Numbered from the stretch's first letter, positions 1 through 10,619 are shown. The stretch: 64,000 nt of DNA from an uncultured Clostridia bacterium (GCA_944384705.1 CALWUI010000003.1:1544-65543); one strand, 5' to 3'. The notes: generated by a model from the sequence alone, not told the origin. Made by a program: numbers and translations.

Positions 1-117
1 GATTGTAAAGATCTTTTACCTGAGACTTATTTTGATAATGATATGAACATAATTTTATGTGTAGACGACTATAATCAGAAAGTAGTCAATTTGAAAGATT
101 TATCTATAAAAAATTAA
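1..117 (+). CDS. 3' end of an unidentified CDS truncated by the window edge
   Basis: Frame 1 is open from base 1 to TAA at 115-117 (DCKDLLPETYFDNDMNIILCVDDYNQKVVNLKDLSIKN*). Too short to assign a product. Confidence 0.3.
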   Translation, partial: DCKDLLPETYFDNDMNIILCVDDYNQKVVNLKDLSIKN

Positions 118-174
118 AACAAAGAAAGCAGTTATTTATGAAAAAATTTTAAAATATGAAAGAAGGAGCATATT

Positions 175-1164
175 ATGACCCGAGTTGCTTTTTTTGATAC
201 AAAATCTTACGATAAAATTTGGTTTGATAAGCTTAACATAGATTATAATATTTTATATTTTGAAAATAAGTTAAATAAACAAACAGCTTTTATGACACAA
301 AATTGTGCTGCTGCTGTGGTTTTTGTAAATGATGAGATTAATGAGAATACTATAAATGAATTAGTAAAAAATAAAATTGGCATTTTAGCTTTAAGATGTT
401 CGGGATATAATAATGTAGACTTAAAAGCAGCAAAGAATAAAATAAAAATAGTTAGAGTTCCAGAATATTCCCCTCATGCTGTTGCAGAACACGCAATGGC
501 ACTGCTTTTATCTTTAAACAGAAAAATTCATCGTGCATATATTAGAACTCGTGACAGAAACTTTAGTTTGGATGGTCTAATTGGTTTTGATTTGTATGGA
601 AAAACAATTGGAGTAATTGGCACTGGAAAAATTGGTAAGGTTTTTGTAGATATTTGTAAAGGGTTTGGGATGAAGGTTATTGCTTATGATCCGGTTCCTG
701 CTAAGGATAAAGACATTAATTATGTAACACTTGAAGAGTTGTTTAAAAACTCAGACATGATATCGTTACATTGTCCGCTTACTAGCGATACCTTTCATAT
801 TATAAATAAAAATAATCTTGCATGTATGAAAAATGGCGTCTATATTGTTAATACATCCAGAGGTGCATTAATTGAGAGCGAAGCTTTAGTAGAGGCATTA
901 AAATCAGGCAAAGTTGGTGCGGCAGCATTGGATGTTTATGAGGAAGAATCGGATTTTTTCTTTAAAGACTTGTCAAATTCTATCATTAGTGATGATGTTT
1001 TAACTGTTCTTTCTTGTATGCCAAATGTTTTAATAACATCTCACCAGGCTTTTTTAACCAACGAGGCACTTGAGAATATCGCAAAGACGACATTAAAAAA
1101 TTTAGATGAATATTTTAATAATAAAAAACTTACAAATGAAGTTAAATTTAAAGAGAAAGATTAA
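175..1164 (+). CDS. ldhA: D-isomer-specific 2-hydroxyacid dehydrogenase (D-lactate dehydrogenase-like)
   Basis: 329 aa. NAD Rossmann motif GVIGTGKIG, the NTSRGALIE region and a catalytic His in ITSHQAF, typical of the family. AAGGAG RBS 6 nt upstream of the ATG. Confidence 0.85.
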   Translation: MTRVAFFDTKSYDKIWFDKLNIDYNILYFENKLNKQTAFMTQNCAAAVVFVNDEINENTINELVKNKIGILALRCSGYNNVDLKAAKNKIKIVRVPEYSPHAVAEHAMALLLSLNRKIHRAYIRTRDRNFSLDGLIGFDLYGKTIGVIGTGKIGKVFVDICKGFGMKVIAYDPVPAKDKDINYVTLEELFKNSDMISLHCPLTSDTFHIINKNNLACMKNGVYIVNTSRGALIESEALVEALKSGKVGAAALDVYEEESDFFFKDLSNSIISDDVLTVLSCMPNVLITSHQAFLTNEALENIAKTTLKNLDEYFNNKKLTNEVKFKEKD

Positions 1165-1178
1165 ATCTGTATGAAAAG

Positions 1179-1583
1179 TTGTGGTTAATATTGTATACCA
1201 AGTTAGAAAAGGATTTTATTGTTTTTAATTTTAGTGGTATTTGTTATATTTTTATAGAGATGATGTGGCGAGGACAATCACATTATACTATGTTTTTTAC
1301 TGGTGGACTTTGCTTTTTTGTTCTTTATAAAATTTATGATAGATATAAAAAATTGAAATTTTTTCAAAAATATTTAATAGGTGCTACAGTTATTACTTTT
1401 ATTGAATTTTTAGCTGGTTATATAGTTAATATATTGTTTGGAATGAAGGTTTGGAATTATTCCACTTTGCCTTTTAATATACTTGGACAAATATGTTTAC
1501 TATATTCTTTTTTATGGGGATTTTTAGGCGTTTTTATAGAATATATTGTTAATCATACGAATAATAAACTGCTTTCAAAGTAA
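1179..1583 (+). CDS. small polytopic membrane protein (resembles the putative ABC-transporter type IV / DUF1113 family)
   Basis: 134 aa, about 4 hydrophobic helices, W/Y-rich motif KVWNYSTLPFNILGQICLLYSFLWG. Start codon uncertain (TTG at 1179, or an internal ATG near 1260). Confidence 0.5.
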   Translation: MWLILYTKLEKDFIVFNFSGICYIFIEMMWRGQSHYTMFFTGGLCFFVLYKIYDRYKKLKFFQKYLIGATVITFIEFLAGYIVNILFGMKVWNYSTLPFNILGQICLLYSFLWGFLGVFIEYIVNHTNNKLLSK

Positions 1584-1713
1584 ATTTGTTTGCAGTTTTA
1601 ATTTTTTAGCAGTTAAGTTTTTTTGTTAAATGAATAATTTTTTGTTAAGTTTTTGTTTATTTTATCTGTTGAAGAAAATATAAAAAAATGTTAAAATATA
1701 GTGGTATAATGTA

Positions 1714-3135
1714 ATGTGGAGGAATTTTATATTGAAAAATAGTAAAAGTTCTGATAGCTTGAGTGATTTTGAAGAATATTTTGAATCAATAAAAAACTTA
1801 TTACTCCAGAGATTTAACAATATACCAAAAGCTTTTGTTAGAACTTATGGATGTCAGCAAAATGTTTATGATTCGGAAAAAATAAAAGGTATTTTACATA
1901 AAATGGGTTGCAGTTTTGTGCAAACTTGTGAAGAGGCCGATATCATTGTATTTAATACTTGTGCTGTGCGCAAAAATGCGGAGGATAGAGTTTTTGGCAA
2001 TGTTGGAGCATTGAAATCTTTAAAAAAAAAGAAGCCAAACCTGATTATTGCTTTATGTGGTTGCATGACTGAACAAGATCATGTTGCTAAAAAAATAAAT
2101 GATACATTTCCTTTTGTAGATTTGGTGCTGGGAACTAATTCTATTCGTAATTTTCCTGAATTTATTTATGAGGTTTTGACTGACAATAAACATATATTTA
2201 AAACAAAAATAAATGATGTTTTGCTTTATGAAGGAACGCCAATAAGAAGAGAAAGTAAGTTTAGGGCTTTTTTGCCTATTATGTATGGATGCGATAATTT
2301 CTGCTCTTATTGTATAGTCCCTTATGTTAGAGGAAGAGAAAAAAGCCGAGCATCAGATGCGATTTTAAATGAATTTTCTCAACTTGTGCATGAAGGATAT
2401 AAGGATATTACTCTTTTGGGGCAGAATGTTAATTCTTATGGGAAAAATTTAGATGAAAATATAAATTTTGCAAAGCTTTTAAGAAAGATAGATAGTATAC
2501 CTGGTGATTATTGGATAAGATTTATGACGTCTCATCCAAAAGATGCTACTAAAGAGCTAATTGATGTTATGGCAGAAGGTAAGCATATTTGTCATCATTT
2601 ACATTTACCTGTTCAATCGGGAAGCAACAGAATTTTAAATTTGATGAACCGCAGGTATACTCGAGAAAAATATCTAGAGATAGTTCATTATTTAAAAGAA
2701 AAGATTCCGGATATTTCTATAACTAGCGATATTATTGTTGGCTTTCCGGGAGAAACTTATGCTGATTTTTGCGAGACTTTAAGTCTTATAAAGGAAGTTG
2801 AATTTAGCTCTCTTTTTACTTTTATTTATTCTAAAAGAGAAGGTACACCAGCTGCAAAGTTGGAAGATCCAATACCTTATAAAGAAAAGTCTGAGTGGTT
2901 TAAAGACCTTTTGCAGGTGCAAAATGGTTTAACTGAAAAAATTTGTAATAGTTATATTGGAAAAATTGTTAAGGTATTAATAGAAGGTACCTCTGCTAAT
3001 AAAGGGTATTTAACTGCAAGGACGCAAGGCAATATCATAGTCGATTTGCCTGGGAGCGAGCAGTTAATTGGTAAATTTGTAAAGGCAAAAATTACTGATG
3101 TGCAGGGATGGTTTTTAAAAGGAGAGGTAATTTGA
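1714..3135 (+). CDS. miaB: tRNA-i6A37 methylthiotransferase MiaB (radical SAM)
   Basis: UPF0004 N-domain (RTYGCQQN..FNTCAVR), radical-SAM CDNFCSYC motif and a TRAM-like C-terminus. The true start may be the in-frame TTG at 1732, which has a GGAGG 8 nt upstream. Confidence 0.9.
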   Translation: MWRNFILKNSKSSDSLSDFEEYFESIKNLLLQRFNNIPKAFVRTYGCQQNVYDSEKIKGILHKMGCSFVQTCEEADIIVFNTCAVRKNAEDRVFGNVGALKSLKKKKPNLIIALCGCMTEQDHVAKKINDTFPFVDLVLGTNSIRNFPEFIYEVLTDNKHIFKTKINDVLLYEGTPIRRESKFRAFLPIMYGCDNFCSYCIVPYVRGREKSRASDAILNEFSQLVHEGYKDITLLGQNVNSYGKNLDENINFAKLLRKIDSIPGDYWIRFMTSHPKDATKELIDVMAEGKHICHHLHLPVQSGSNRILNLMNRRYTREKYLEIVHYLKEKIPDISITSDIIVGFPGETYADFCETLSLIKEVEFSSLFTFIYSKREGTPAAKLEDPIPYKEKSEWFKDLLQVQNGLTEKICNSYIGKIVKVLIEGTSANKGYLTARTQGNIIVDLPGSEQLIGKFVKAKITDVQGWFLKGEVI

Positions 3136-3161
3136 GTGCTAAAATGAAAGGAGAAATATGC

Positions 3162-3575
3162 ATGGATATTATTGATTTAGCACGTGAATTTGGAGAAAAA
3201 ATTCAGCAGAACGAACTTTATTTAAAATTTAAAATAGCTTCACAGATTAATGATGAGGATAAAGATTTACAGAATTTAATAAAAGATTTTAATTTAAAAA
3301 GAATTAATGTAAGTAATGAATTGTCTAAGTCTGATCGTGATGAGAAAAAAATAGAATTATTAAACAAAGAACTACAAAAATGTTATAACGATATCATGAA
3401 CAACGAAAATATGATTAATTATAATAAGGCGAAGGCTGAATTTGACGAGCTTATGCGGAAAATAAATTTGATTATTATGAGAAGCGCAAATGGAGATAAT
3501 CCTCAGGATGTGAATGTGGATATTTATAATTCTGGATGTTCGGGAGAATGCTCCGGTTGTGCTGGATGTAATTAG
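3162..3575 (+). CDS. YlbF/YmcA (RicF/RicA) family regulator with a Cys-rich C-terminal tail
   Basis: Helical protein of about 137 aa from the ATG at 3162 (AAAGGAG RBS 8 nt upstream). Family-like LYLKF..A...I..D..L..LI..F motif and the tail SGCSGECSGCAGCN. The track ORF start at 3108 overlaps miaB and is less likely. Confidence 0.7.
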   Translation: MDIIDLAREFGEKIQQNELYLKFKIASQINDEDKDLQNLIKDFNLKRINVSNELSKSDRDEKKIELLNKELQKCYNDIMNNENMINYNKAKAEFDELMRKINLIIMRSANGDNPQDVNVDIYNSGCSGECSGCAGCN

Positions 3576-3618
3576 AATTTTTACGGTTTTGGTTATTGAT
3601 TAAAAGGGGGACGTAAAA

Positions 3619-6228
3619 ATGGCAGAGTTATCGCCTATGATGAGGCAATATTTTGAACTTAAAGAAAAGTGTAAAGATTCTATTTTATTTTTCAGGTTGG
3701 GCGATTTTTATGAAATGTTCTTTGATGATGCTATTTTAGTTTCAAAAGAATTGGAGCTAACTTTAACAGGTCGTGATTGCGGTTTAGAAGAGAGAGCACC
3801 TATGTGTGGAGTGCCTTATCATAGTTGTGAAGGCTATATTGCTAGACTTATTGACAAGGGATATAAAATTGCAATTTGTGATCAATTAAGTGAACCATCA
3901 TCTAAAGGACTTGTGAGAAGAGGAATTACTAGGGTTATTACGCCTGGTACTGTTATTGAAGGTACTATGTTAGACGAATCTAAAAATAATTATATCTGCT
4001 CTTTATATATTTCTGAAAATAATATAGGAATTTGCTTTTGTGATGTTTCTACTGGAGATTTATTAGCTACACGGCTATTTGGCTTGGATGTTAATAAAAA
4101 AATGATTAACGAACTGTCAAAATTTAATCCTAGAGAAATGATTATTAGTGGAAATATAGAGAAGTTCAAAGAGTTTGATGATTTTATAAATAACAGGTTA
4201 AAATGCAGTGTAGAAGTAAGGCCTATAGACAAGGATTTCGATTTTTATAGACAAGCCGTTTTAAAGCAATTTGAAAATAAATCTTTAAAAGAACTTAGAT
4301 TATCTAATAATATCGAAACTACGATCGCTCTAGCAATTTTGTTTGAATATTTAACAGAAACTCAAAAAATTGGTCTAGAACGAATTAATACTTTAAATAT
4401 TTATTCGGAAAATCAGTTTATGAGAATAGATATTTCTACTCGTAGAAATTTGGAACTGATAGAAACAATGCGAAACAAAGAAAAAAAAGGCTCACTTTTA
4501 TGGGTGCTTGACAAGACTAAAACCGCTATGGGCAAACGGTTGCTTAAGACATATATAGAGCAGCCACTACTTAATGTTGATGGCATTTTAAAAAGACAGG
4601 CAGCTGTTGAAGAAATTTACTCAGATATTGTGTTTATGGATACATTAAAAGAGCAGATGAGTGGAGTTTATGATTTAGAAAGATTAATGACAAGGGTTGT
4701 TTATGGTTCTGCAAATGCCAGAGATTTGCGCTCTCTATGTTTTGCACTTTCAAAACTGCCAGCTATTAAAGATAGTTTAATTAATGTAAAGTCTGAATTC
4801 CTTATTGAGGTAAATAATAATATTGATACTTTAACAGATATTTGTGAGTTGATTAATGAATCTATTGTGGATGAACCGCCGGTATCTGTGAGGGAAGGTT
4901 CGATAATAAAACATGGGTATGATTCTGAAATAGATCTTTTAAGAGGAGATATGTCTAACGGAAAAGGCATAATGGCTGAATTAGAACTTAGAGAGAAAGA
5001 AAAAACTGGAATACCAAAGCTTAAAATTGGTTATAACCGCGTTTTTGGTTATTTTATTGAGGTTTCGAATTCTTTTAAGAATAAAGTTCCTGTTGATTAT
5101 ATTAGAAAACAAACGTTATCTAATTGCGAAAGATATATTACTACTGAGTTAAAGGAAATTGAAGGAAGAGTGCTGGGAGCTAAAGATAGAGTTATTCAAT
5201 TAGAATATGAGCTATTTTGTAGAATTAGAAATAAAGTTGCAGAGAATTTGTTTAGAATTCAAAAAACCGCAAAAGCTATTGCTAAGTTAGATGTTGTGCT
5301 ATCTTTTGCTACAACTTCTTATGAAAATGGGTACATAAAGCCGATTGTGAATAACGGAGATAAAATCATTTTAAAGAATTCTCGGCATCCTGTGGTTGAA
5401 GCTTTAATGCAGGAGTCTTTATTTGTGCCAAATGATGCAACTTTAGACAATAATGAAAATATGATAGCTGTAATAACCGGTCCTAATATGGCTGGCAAGT
5501 CTACATATATGAGGCAGGTGGCTATAATAGTTTTGATGGCTCAAATTGGGTGTTTTGTTCCTGCATCTTATGCTGAGATCGGCGTTGTAGAGAGTATTTT
5601 TACTCGAGTGGGTGCTTCGGATGATCTTGCAAGTGGACAATCTACTTTTATGATAGAGATGATGGAAGTTGCACAGATTATGGATTCTGCAACAAAGAAA
5701 AGTCTAATTATTTTAGATGAAATTGGAAGAGGAACGTCCACTTTTGATGGAATGAGCATAGCTAGAGCAGTAATTGAGTTTATTGCTGACCGCGAAAAAT
5801 TGGGAGCAAAAACATTATTTGCTACACATTACCATGAATTAATTGAGTTAGAAAATCTTTTGCCTGGAGTTAAAAATTATAATATTGCAGTAAAAAAGCG
5901 TGGAGATGATATTACATTTTTGCGCAGGATTGTTCGAGGTGGAACAGACGACAGTTTTGGTATAGAGGTTGCTAAGTTAGCTGGGGTACCAGAATGGATT
6001 ATTGAGCGAGCTAAAGTTATTTTGAAGGATATAGAAAATAGTAGTTTAGTTAATAATAAGAATTTTAAAATAAAAGATAATGATTCAGAAATATTAGCCA
6101 AAGAAGTTGAGCCTTCTAAAATAGAAAAAGAAGTAATCGATAAACTTTTACAAATTGATGTTAATACGCTTACACCAATTGAGGCGATGGAAACTCTATT
6201 TAAACTGGTAAATTTACTTAAAAAGTGA
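3619..6228 (+). CDS. mutS: DNA mismatch repair protein MutS
   Basis: 869 aa. N-terminal mismatch-binding motif (MMRQY..K....ILFFRLGDFYE), Walker A GPNMAGKST, Walker B LIILDEIGRGTS. Confidence 0.95.
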   Translation: MAELSPMMRQYFELKEKCKDSILFFRLGDFYEMFFDDAILVSKELELTLTGRDCGLEERAPMCGVPYHSCEGYIARLIDKGYKIAICDQLSEPSSKGLVRRGITRVITPGTVIEGTMLDESKNNYICSLYISENNIGICFCDVSTGDLLATRLFGLDVNKKMINELSKFNPREMIISGNIEKFKEFDDFINNRLKCSVEVRPIDKDFDFYRQAVLKQFENKSLKELRLSNNIETTIALAILFEYLTETQKIGLERINTLNIYSENQFMRIDISTRRNLELIETMRNKEKKGSLLWVLDKTKTAMGKRLLKTYIEQPLLNVDGILKRQAAVEEIYSDIVFMDTLKEQMSGVYDLERLMTRVVYGSANARDLRSLCFALSKLPAIKDSLINVKSEFLIEVNNNIDTLTDICELINESIVDEPPVSVREGSIIKHGYDSEIDLLRGDMSNGKGIMAELELREKEKTGIPKLKIGYNRVFGYFIEVSNSFKNKVPVDYIRKQTLSNCERYITTELKEIEGRVLGAKDRVIQLEYELFCRIRNKVAENLFRIQKTAKAIAKLDVVLSFATTSYENGYIKPIVNNGDKIILKNSRHPVVEALMQESLFVPNDATLDNNENMIAVITGPNMAGKSTYMRQVAIIVLMAQIGCFVPASYAEIGVVESIFTRVGASDDLASGQSTFMIEMMEVAQIMDSATKKSLIILDEIGRGTSTFDGMSIARAVIEFIADREKLGAKTLFATHYHELIELENLLPGVKNYNIAVKKRGDDITFLRRIVRGGTDDSFGIEVAKLAGVPEWIIERAKVILKDIENSSLVNNKNFKIKDNDSEILAKEVEPSKIEKEVIDKLLQIDVNTLTPIEAMETLFKLVNLLKK

Positions 6229-6244
6229 TTTTAGAGGAAAGATT

Positions 6245-8218
6245 ATGGGAAAAATAAACGTACTTAATAAACATATTGCAGAACTAATTGCTGCTGGAGA
6301 GGTGGTAGAAAGGCCAAGCTCTGTTATAAAAGAGCTTGTTGAGAATTCTATTGATGCGGGTGCCACAGCTATAACGATTGAAATAAAAAATGGTGGTGTC
6401 ACATATATGCGCATTACTGACAATGGAAGCGGAATTGAAAAAGATGATATTAAAAATGCTTTTTTGAGAAACGCTACGAGCAAAATAAAATTTGAGGATG
6501 ACCTAAATAGTATTTCTACACTGGGCTTTAGAGGAGAGGCGCTTTTTTCTGTTTGTGCCGTTTCTAAGGTTGAATTAATGACAAAGACAAATGAAGAAAA
6601 TATTGGCACACATTATAAAATCGAGGGTGGAGAAGAGGTTTTATTTGAGGAGTGTGGATGTTCGGTTGGGACTACTTTAATCGTCAGGGATCTGTTTTAT
6701 AATACTCCGGCGAGGATGAAATTTTTGAAAAAGGATAGCTCAGAGGGAACATCTATTGCTAAAACTCTGGATAGAATTGCGCTTTCTCATCCGGAAATTG
6801 CCTTTAAGTTTATAAGAGAAGGTAAATTGGAACTTAATACTCCAGGAAATGGACAAGTGGCATCAGCTATTTATGCTGTTTACGGAAAAGAATTTTTTTC
6901 CTCTTTAATGGCACTGGACTATAATTTGAATGGTATAAATTTAAGTGGTTTTATAAGTAAACCAACTTCACCTAGAGCATCAAGAAATATGCAGCACTTT
7001 TTTATAAATGGCCGGTATGTTAAGAGCAGAACTGCTATGGTTGCTTTGGAAGAAGCATTTAAAGGATCTATTATGGTGCAGAAATTTCCAGCTTGTGTTA
7101 TGTACATAGAATTGCCGTTTGATTCTGTGGATGTAAATGTTCATCCATCTAAAGTTGAAATTAGGTTTGTGGATGAACGTCCAATTTTTGATGCGATATA
7201 TCATGGAGTAAAAACGGCTTTGTTAAAAGGTGAAAAGCCTGCATTGGTAACAGAAAAAAGTATTGCAAAAAATGATCATATGGGGAATAATGCTAAGTCG
7301 TTTGAAGTTAACAGTTTAAAAAAGAAAAATGAAATATCAAAGATAGATGTACGGCTAGATAAAAATCTGACTGAAAAAATTTTTAAGAATTTAACTGAAG
7401 TTAATTCTGAAACTCCTGAAATTTATGTACCAAAAAAATCTGAAAATATATATTCTCAAAAATCAGTTTTTACAGATGAGAAAGATTATAACGTTTTAAG
7501 TTTAGAAAAGAATTTTTCAAAACCAGAAGAAAAAAATAATCTACATAAAAAATTATTCGGCACTAATTCTGTTCCATTGGGTGAAGAAGAGGCAGTTTCG
7601 CAGAGTAAGATAGAAAAAAATGTGCAACTCGAGTTAGAGAATAATAATGTCATCGATATTAAAATTAAAGGAGAAATTTTTAGTACATACATTATTGTTG
7701 AGAAAAATAATGATGAAGTCGTTTTTATAGATAAACATGCGGCACATGAACGAATGATTTATGAAGAACTTAAGGCAAGTGAAAATGCTCCGTTGCCGCA
7801 ACTGTTTTTAGAACCTGTGATTGTTTCTTTGAGCAAGGATGAATATGTGGCGATTATAGACAATATTGATATGTTTGTTAAGGCTGGATTTGAAATTGAT
7901 GATTTTGGAAACAGTTCAGTTATTGTAAGGGCAGCACCTTCTTATCTTGATAATGTTGGTATAACTGATATTATAACAGAAATGGCAAATTATATTTTAG
8001 ATCATAAAAAAAATATACAAAGCAATTATGTGGAGTGGTTATATGAAAACATTGCATGTAGAGCAGCTATTAAGGCAGGAAAAGAAGCAAAGCTAGAGGA
8101 GATGCAAGCTCTTATTAAAAGAATAATCAAAGAAGATCCGCGGTTTTGTCCGCATGGAAGACCAATTGCAGTAACAATGAAACGGCGAGAAATTGAAAAA
8201 ATGTTCGGCAGGACGTGA
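6245..8218 (+). CDS. mutL: DNA mismatch repair endonuclease MutL
   Basis: GHKL ATPase N-domain (IAAGEVVERPSSVIKELVENSIDAG, DNGSGI). C-terminal endonuclease motif region (DKHAAHER) and CPHGRP. Confidence 0.95.
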   Translation: MGKINVLNKHIAELIAAGEVVERPSSVIKELVENSIDAGATAITIEIKNGGVTYMRITDNGSGIEKDDIKNAFLRNATSKIKFEDDLNSISTLGFRGEALFSVCAVSKVELMTKTNEENIGTHYKIEGGEEVLFEECGCSVGTTLIVRDLFYNTPARMKFLKKDSSEGTSIAKTLDRIALSHPEIAFKFIREGKLELNTPGNGQVASAIYAVYGKEFFSSLMALDYNLNGINLSGFISKPTSPRASRNMQHFFINGRYVKSRTAMVALEEAFKGSIMVQKFPACVMYIELPFDSVDVNVHPSKVEIRFVDERPIFDAIYHGVKTALLKGEKPALVTEKSIAKNDHMGNNAKSFEVNSLKKKNEISKIDVRLDKNLTEKIFKNLTEVNSETPEIYVPKKSENIYSQKSVFTDEKDYNVLSLEKNFSKPEEKNNLHKKLFGTNSVPLGEEEAVSQSKIEKNVQLELENNNVIDIKIKGEIFSTYIIVEKNNDEVVFIDKHAAHERMIYEELKASENAPLPQLFLEPVIVSLSKDEYVAIIDNIDMFVKAGFEIDDFGNSSVIVRAAPSYLDNVGITDIITEMANYILDHKKNIQSNYVEWLYENIACRAAIKAGKEAKLEEMQALIKRIIKEDPRFCPHGRPIAVTMKRREIEKMFGRT

Positions 8219-8227
8219 TTAATTTTT

Positions 8228-9187
8228 ATGGCAGATGAAATTTATAATCAAAAAATAAGGGTTATCGTAATTGTTGGTCCGACGGCTTGTGGTAAGACCA
8301 AACTTTCTATTGAACTTGCCAAGATTTTTAATGGAGAAATTATCTCTGCCGATTCTATTCAAGTTTATAAAAAGATGAATATAGGAGTCGCGAAACCAAC
8401 CAAGCTTGAAATGAGCGGTGTTCCACACCATTTAATAGATTTTTTGGATGTAGAAAAAGAGTTTAATGTATCAGACTATGTAAGGCTGGCAAAAAAATGC
8501 ATATCTGAAATTACAAAAAGAGGAAAGACTCCTTTTGTTGTTGGAGGAACAGGTTTGTATGTTAACTCTTTGGTTGATAATGTACATTTTCAGGTAGAAA
8601 AAAGAGCCCCTGAGTTGAGAAAATTTTTAAATGAAAAATTAAAAACAAAGGGAGTTGCAGCGTTATTAAAAGAATTAGCTACTTTTGATAGAGAGTCTGC
8701 AGAGAGAATCCACCCTAATAATTCTATAAGAGTTATTCGTGCGATAGAAATCTATAAAACAACTGGAATTACTATGACTGAGCATATTGCAAATTCTAAG
8801 AAAATAAAATCTGCCTACGACCCGATGTTTATTGGATTATCTTACAAAAATAGATCTTTTATGTATGAAAGGATAAATAAACGGGTTGATGAAATGATTG
8901 GCTCTGGTTTGATAGATGAGGCTAGAGAAATTTTATCTTTAAACTGCAGTAAAACGGCGATGAATGCAATTTGTTATAAAGAATTGATACCTTATTTTAA
9001 CAATCAATGTTCTTTATCGGATGCAATTGAAAAAATAAAATTAAACACGCGAAAATATGCCAAAAGGCAGCTAACTTGGTTTAAAAGAGATCCTAGAATA
9101 AATTGGATTTTTGTTGATGAATATAGTAATTTTTATGAAATTTTAAATTGTTGTGTAAAAATTATAGAATGTTTTAAATATACGTGA
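8228..9187 (+). CDS. miaA: tRNA dimethylallyltransferase MiaA
   Basis: P-loop GPTACGKT, then ISADSIQVYKKMNIG and GGTGLY motifs. mutS-mutL-miaA synteny. Confidence 0.92.
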   Translation: MADEIYNQKIRVIVIVGPTACGKTKLSIELAKIFNGEIISADSIQVYKKMNIGVAKPTKLEMSGVPHHLIDFLDVEKEFNVSDYVRLAKKCISEITKRGKTPFVVGGTGLYVNSLVDNVHFQVEKRAPELRKFLNEKLKTKGVAALLKELATFDRESAERIHPNNSIRVIRAIEIYKTTGITMTEHIANSKKIKSAYDPMFIGLSYKNRSFMYERINKRVDEMIGSGLIDEAREILSLNCSKTAMNAICYKELIPYFNNQCSLSDAIEKIKLNTRKYAKRQLTWFKRDPRINWIFVDEYSNFYEILNCCVKIIECFKYT

Positions 9188-9240
9188 TAAAATGTTATGT
9201 AATGTTATTTTAGAAAATAAAATCTAAAGGATGTCTAAAG

Positions 9241-10527
9241 TTGATAAGGAAATCTGTAAGAAGATTTATTTATTTTATTTTGAGCGGAGTTATTATTGGT
9301 TATGCTTTATACCATTTGTGGATGGCCTTCTGGCCTAACATAAAAACAGAAACTGCCCATATGGTTAATGTTTATGATAACATTGACGCGCAAGCATATG
9401 TTGTTAGGAATGAAAATACCATTGATGATGATTTATATGGGTTTGTAAATTTTAATTTGACAGATGCTGAAAAAATAGAAAAAAATGGTGTGATTGCGCT
9501 AGTTTATCCTTCTGAAAAAGAAGCCGTAATAGACAAAAAAATTAACTTTATTAAAAGAGAATTAAATAGGTTAGAAGACTTAAAAAAATTTGGATTGGGA
9601 CTATCTTTCAACCCAGCCTCAATTGATCCTAGAGCATATTTAGAAATTAATGATTTTATAAAAAATATAAATGATTTCGAATTTAATAAATTAAAAAAAA
9701 ATAGAGATAATCTTCTTTGTCTTATAAATGAAAGACAAATATCTGCTGGCCAAAATTTAAATATGGATGAAAAGATTAGTCAACTTAATAATGAATTATA
9801 TAAACTGAATTTGCAAAAAAACAAAAACATTAAAAAAGTTTTAGCAAAAGATTCAGGTTATTTTGTTGGCCATACAGACGGTTACGAAAATTCATTTTCT
9901 TATAATGATATACTTAACATTAAAGTAGATCAAGTTGATTCGTTAATAAAAAGTTATTCTGCTAACTGCAATAATAATTCAGCCAAATTAGTTACGGATT
10001 CGAAATGGTTTGTTGCATGTAATTTGGAAAGAAACGATGTTTTAAAATTAAATTTAGACCAGTATGTAGAATTATTTATACCTCTTGTTAGTGCAAATAA
10101 AATTAAAGCTAGAGTTGTTGCGATTAACCAGCAGGACAAAAATTCTGTTGCGGCGGTTGTATTGGAATGTGATTATATAGATGAAGAAATTTTGTGTATG
10201 CGTAGTGAGCCAATTAAAATTGGTATAGCAGAGTATAGTGGGATCTCTATAAGTAAGGATGCAATACACGAAAAATTGTTGACTCGCAACGTTATTGACA
10301 ATGAGACGGGAAAAGAAAAAAATGAAGAAAAGAATGTTACTGGTGTTTATGTTCGGCATGGAAGGCAAATGGCTTTTAGAGAAATAAATATTGTTTTTTC
10401 TGATGAAGATTATGTTATTTGTAATCCGGATGAAAATAATGCTAACTTATTTTCGGGTAGAACTATAAAAGAATATGATGAGATTGTTGTTAAGGGAAGA
10501 GATCTATATGATGGCAAGTTCATTTAA
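9241..10527 (+). CDS. membrane-anchored coiled-coil protein (HlyD-like / membrane-fusion-like)
   Basis: 428 aa with a TTG start, one N-terminal TM helix, a central coiled-coil and beta-rich flanks. Sits upstream of sepF, as in many Clostridia. Confidence 0.45.
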   Translation: MIRKSVRRFIYFILSGVIIGYALYHLWMAFWPNIKTETAHMVNVYDNIDAQAYVVRNENTIDDDLYGFVNFNLTDAEKIEKNGVIALVYPSEKEAVIDKKINFIKRELNRLEDLKKFGLGLSFNPASIDPRAYLEINDFIKNINDFEFNKLKKNRDNLLCLINERQISAGQNLNMDEKISQLNNELYKLNLQKNKNIKKVLAKDSGYFVGHTDGYENSFSYNDILNIKVDQVDSLIKSYSANCNNNSAKLVTDSKWFVACNLERNDVLKLNLDQYVELFIPLVSANKIKARVVAINQQDKNSVAAVVLECDYIDEEILCMRSEPIKIGIAEYSGISISKDAIHEKLLTRNVIDNETGKEKNEEKNVTGVYVRHGRQMAFREINIVFSDEDYVICNPDENNANLFSGRTIKEYDEIVVKGRDLYDGKFI

Positions 10528-10590
10528 ATTGTGCGACTGTAAAAGTTGCTGAAAATAGAAAATATTTTTATAAATCGTAAAATTTATTTA

Positions 10591-10619
10591 TTGACATTGA
10601 TAGAAAAATTGTTCATAAT
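10591..10619 (+). promoter_or_regulatory. sigma-A type promoter candidate upstream of sepF
   Basis: TTGACA (10591-10596), 17-nt spacer, CATAAT (10614-10619). Confidence 0.4.

Noticed and set aside
6214-6609. 131-aa antisense ORF overlapping the mutS end and mutL start. Similar long antisense or alternate-frame track ORFs include 45720-46196, 59265-59810, 23139-23603, 22970-23275, 13460-13666, 10072-10368 and 40755-41093.
   Set aside because: Each lies wholly inside, or antisense to, a CDS with strong family motifs. They have no RBS and low-complexity or hydrophobic junk-like translations. The 59265-59810 ORF is explained by the local GC-rich repeat, which removes AT-rich stop codons.
9188-9240. 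Expected hfq after mutS-mutL-miaA, as in many Firmicutes.
   Set aside because: The spacer is only 53 nt and the next gene is a membrane coiled-coil protein. The absence of hfq here is not informative, because hfq may be elsewhere or absent in this clade.
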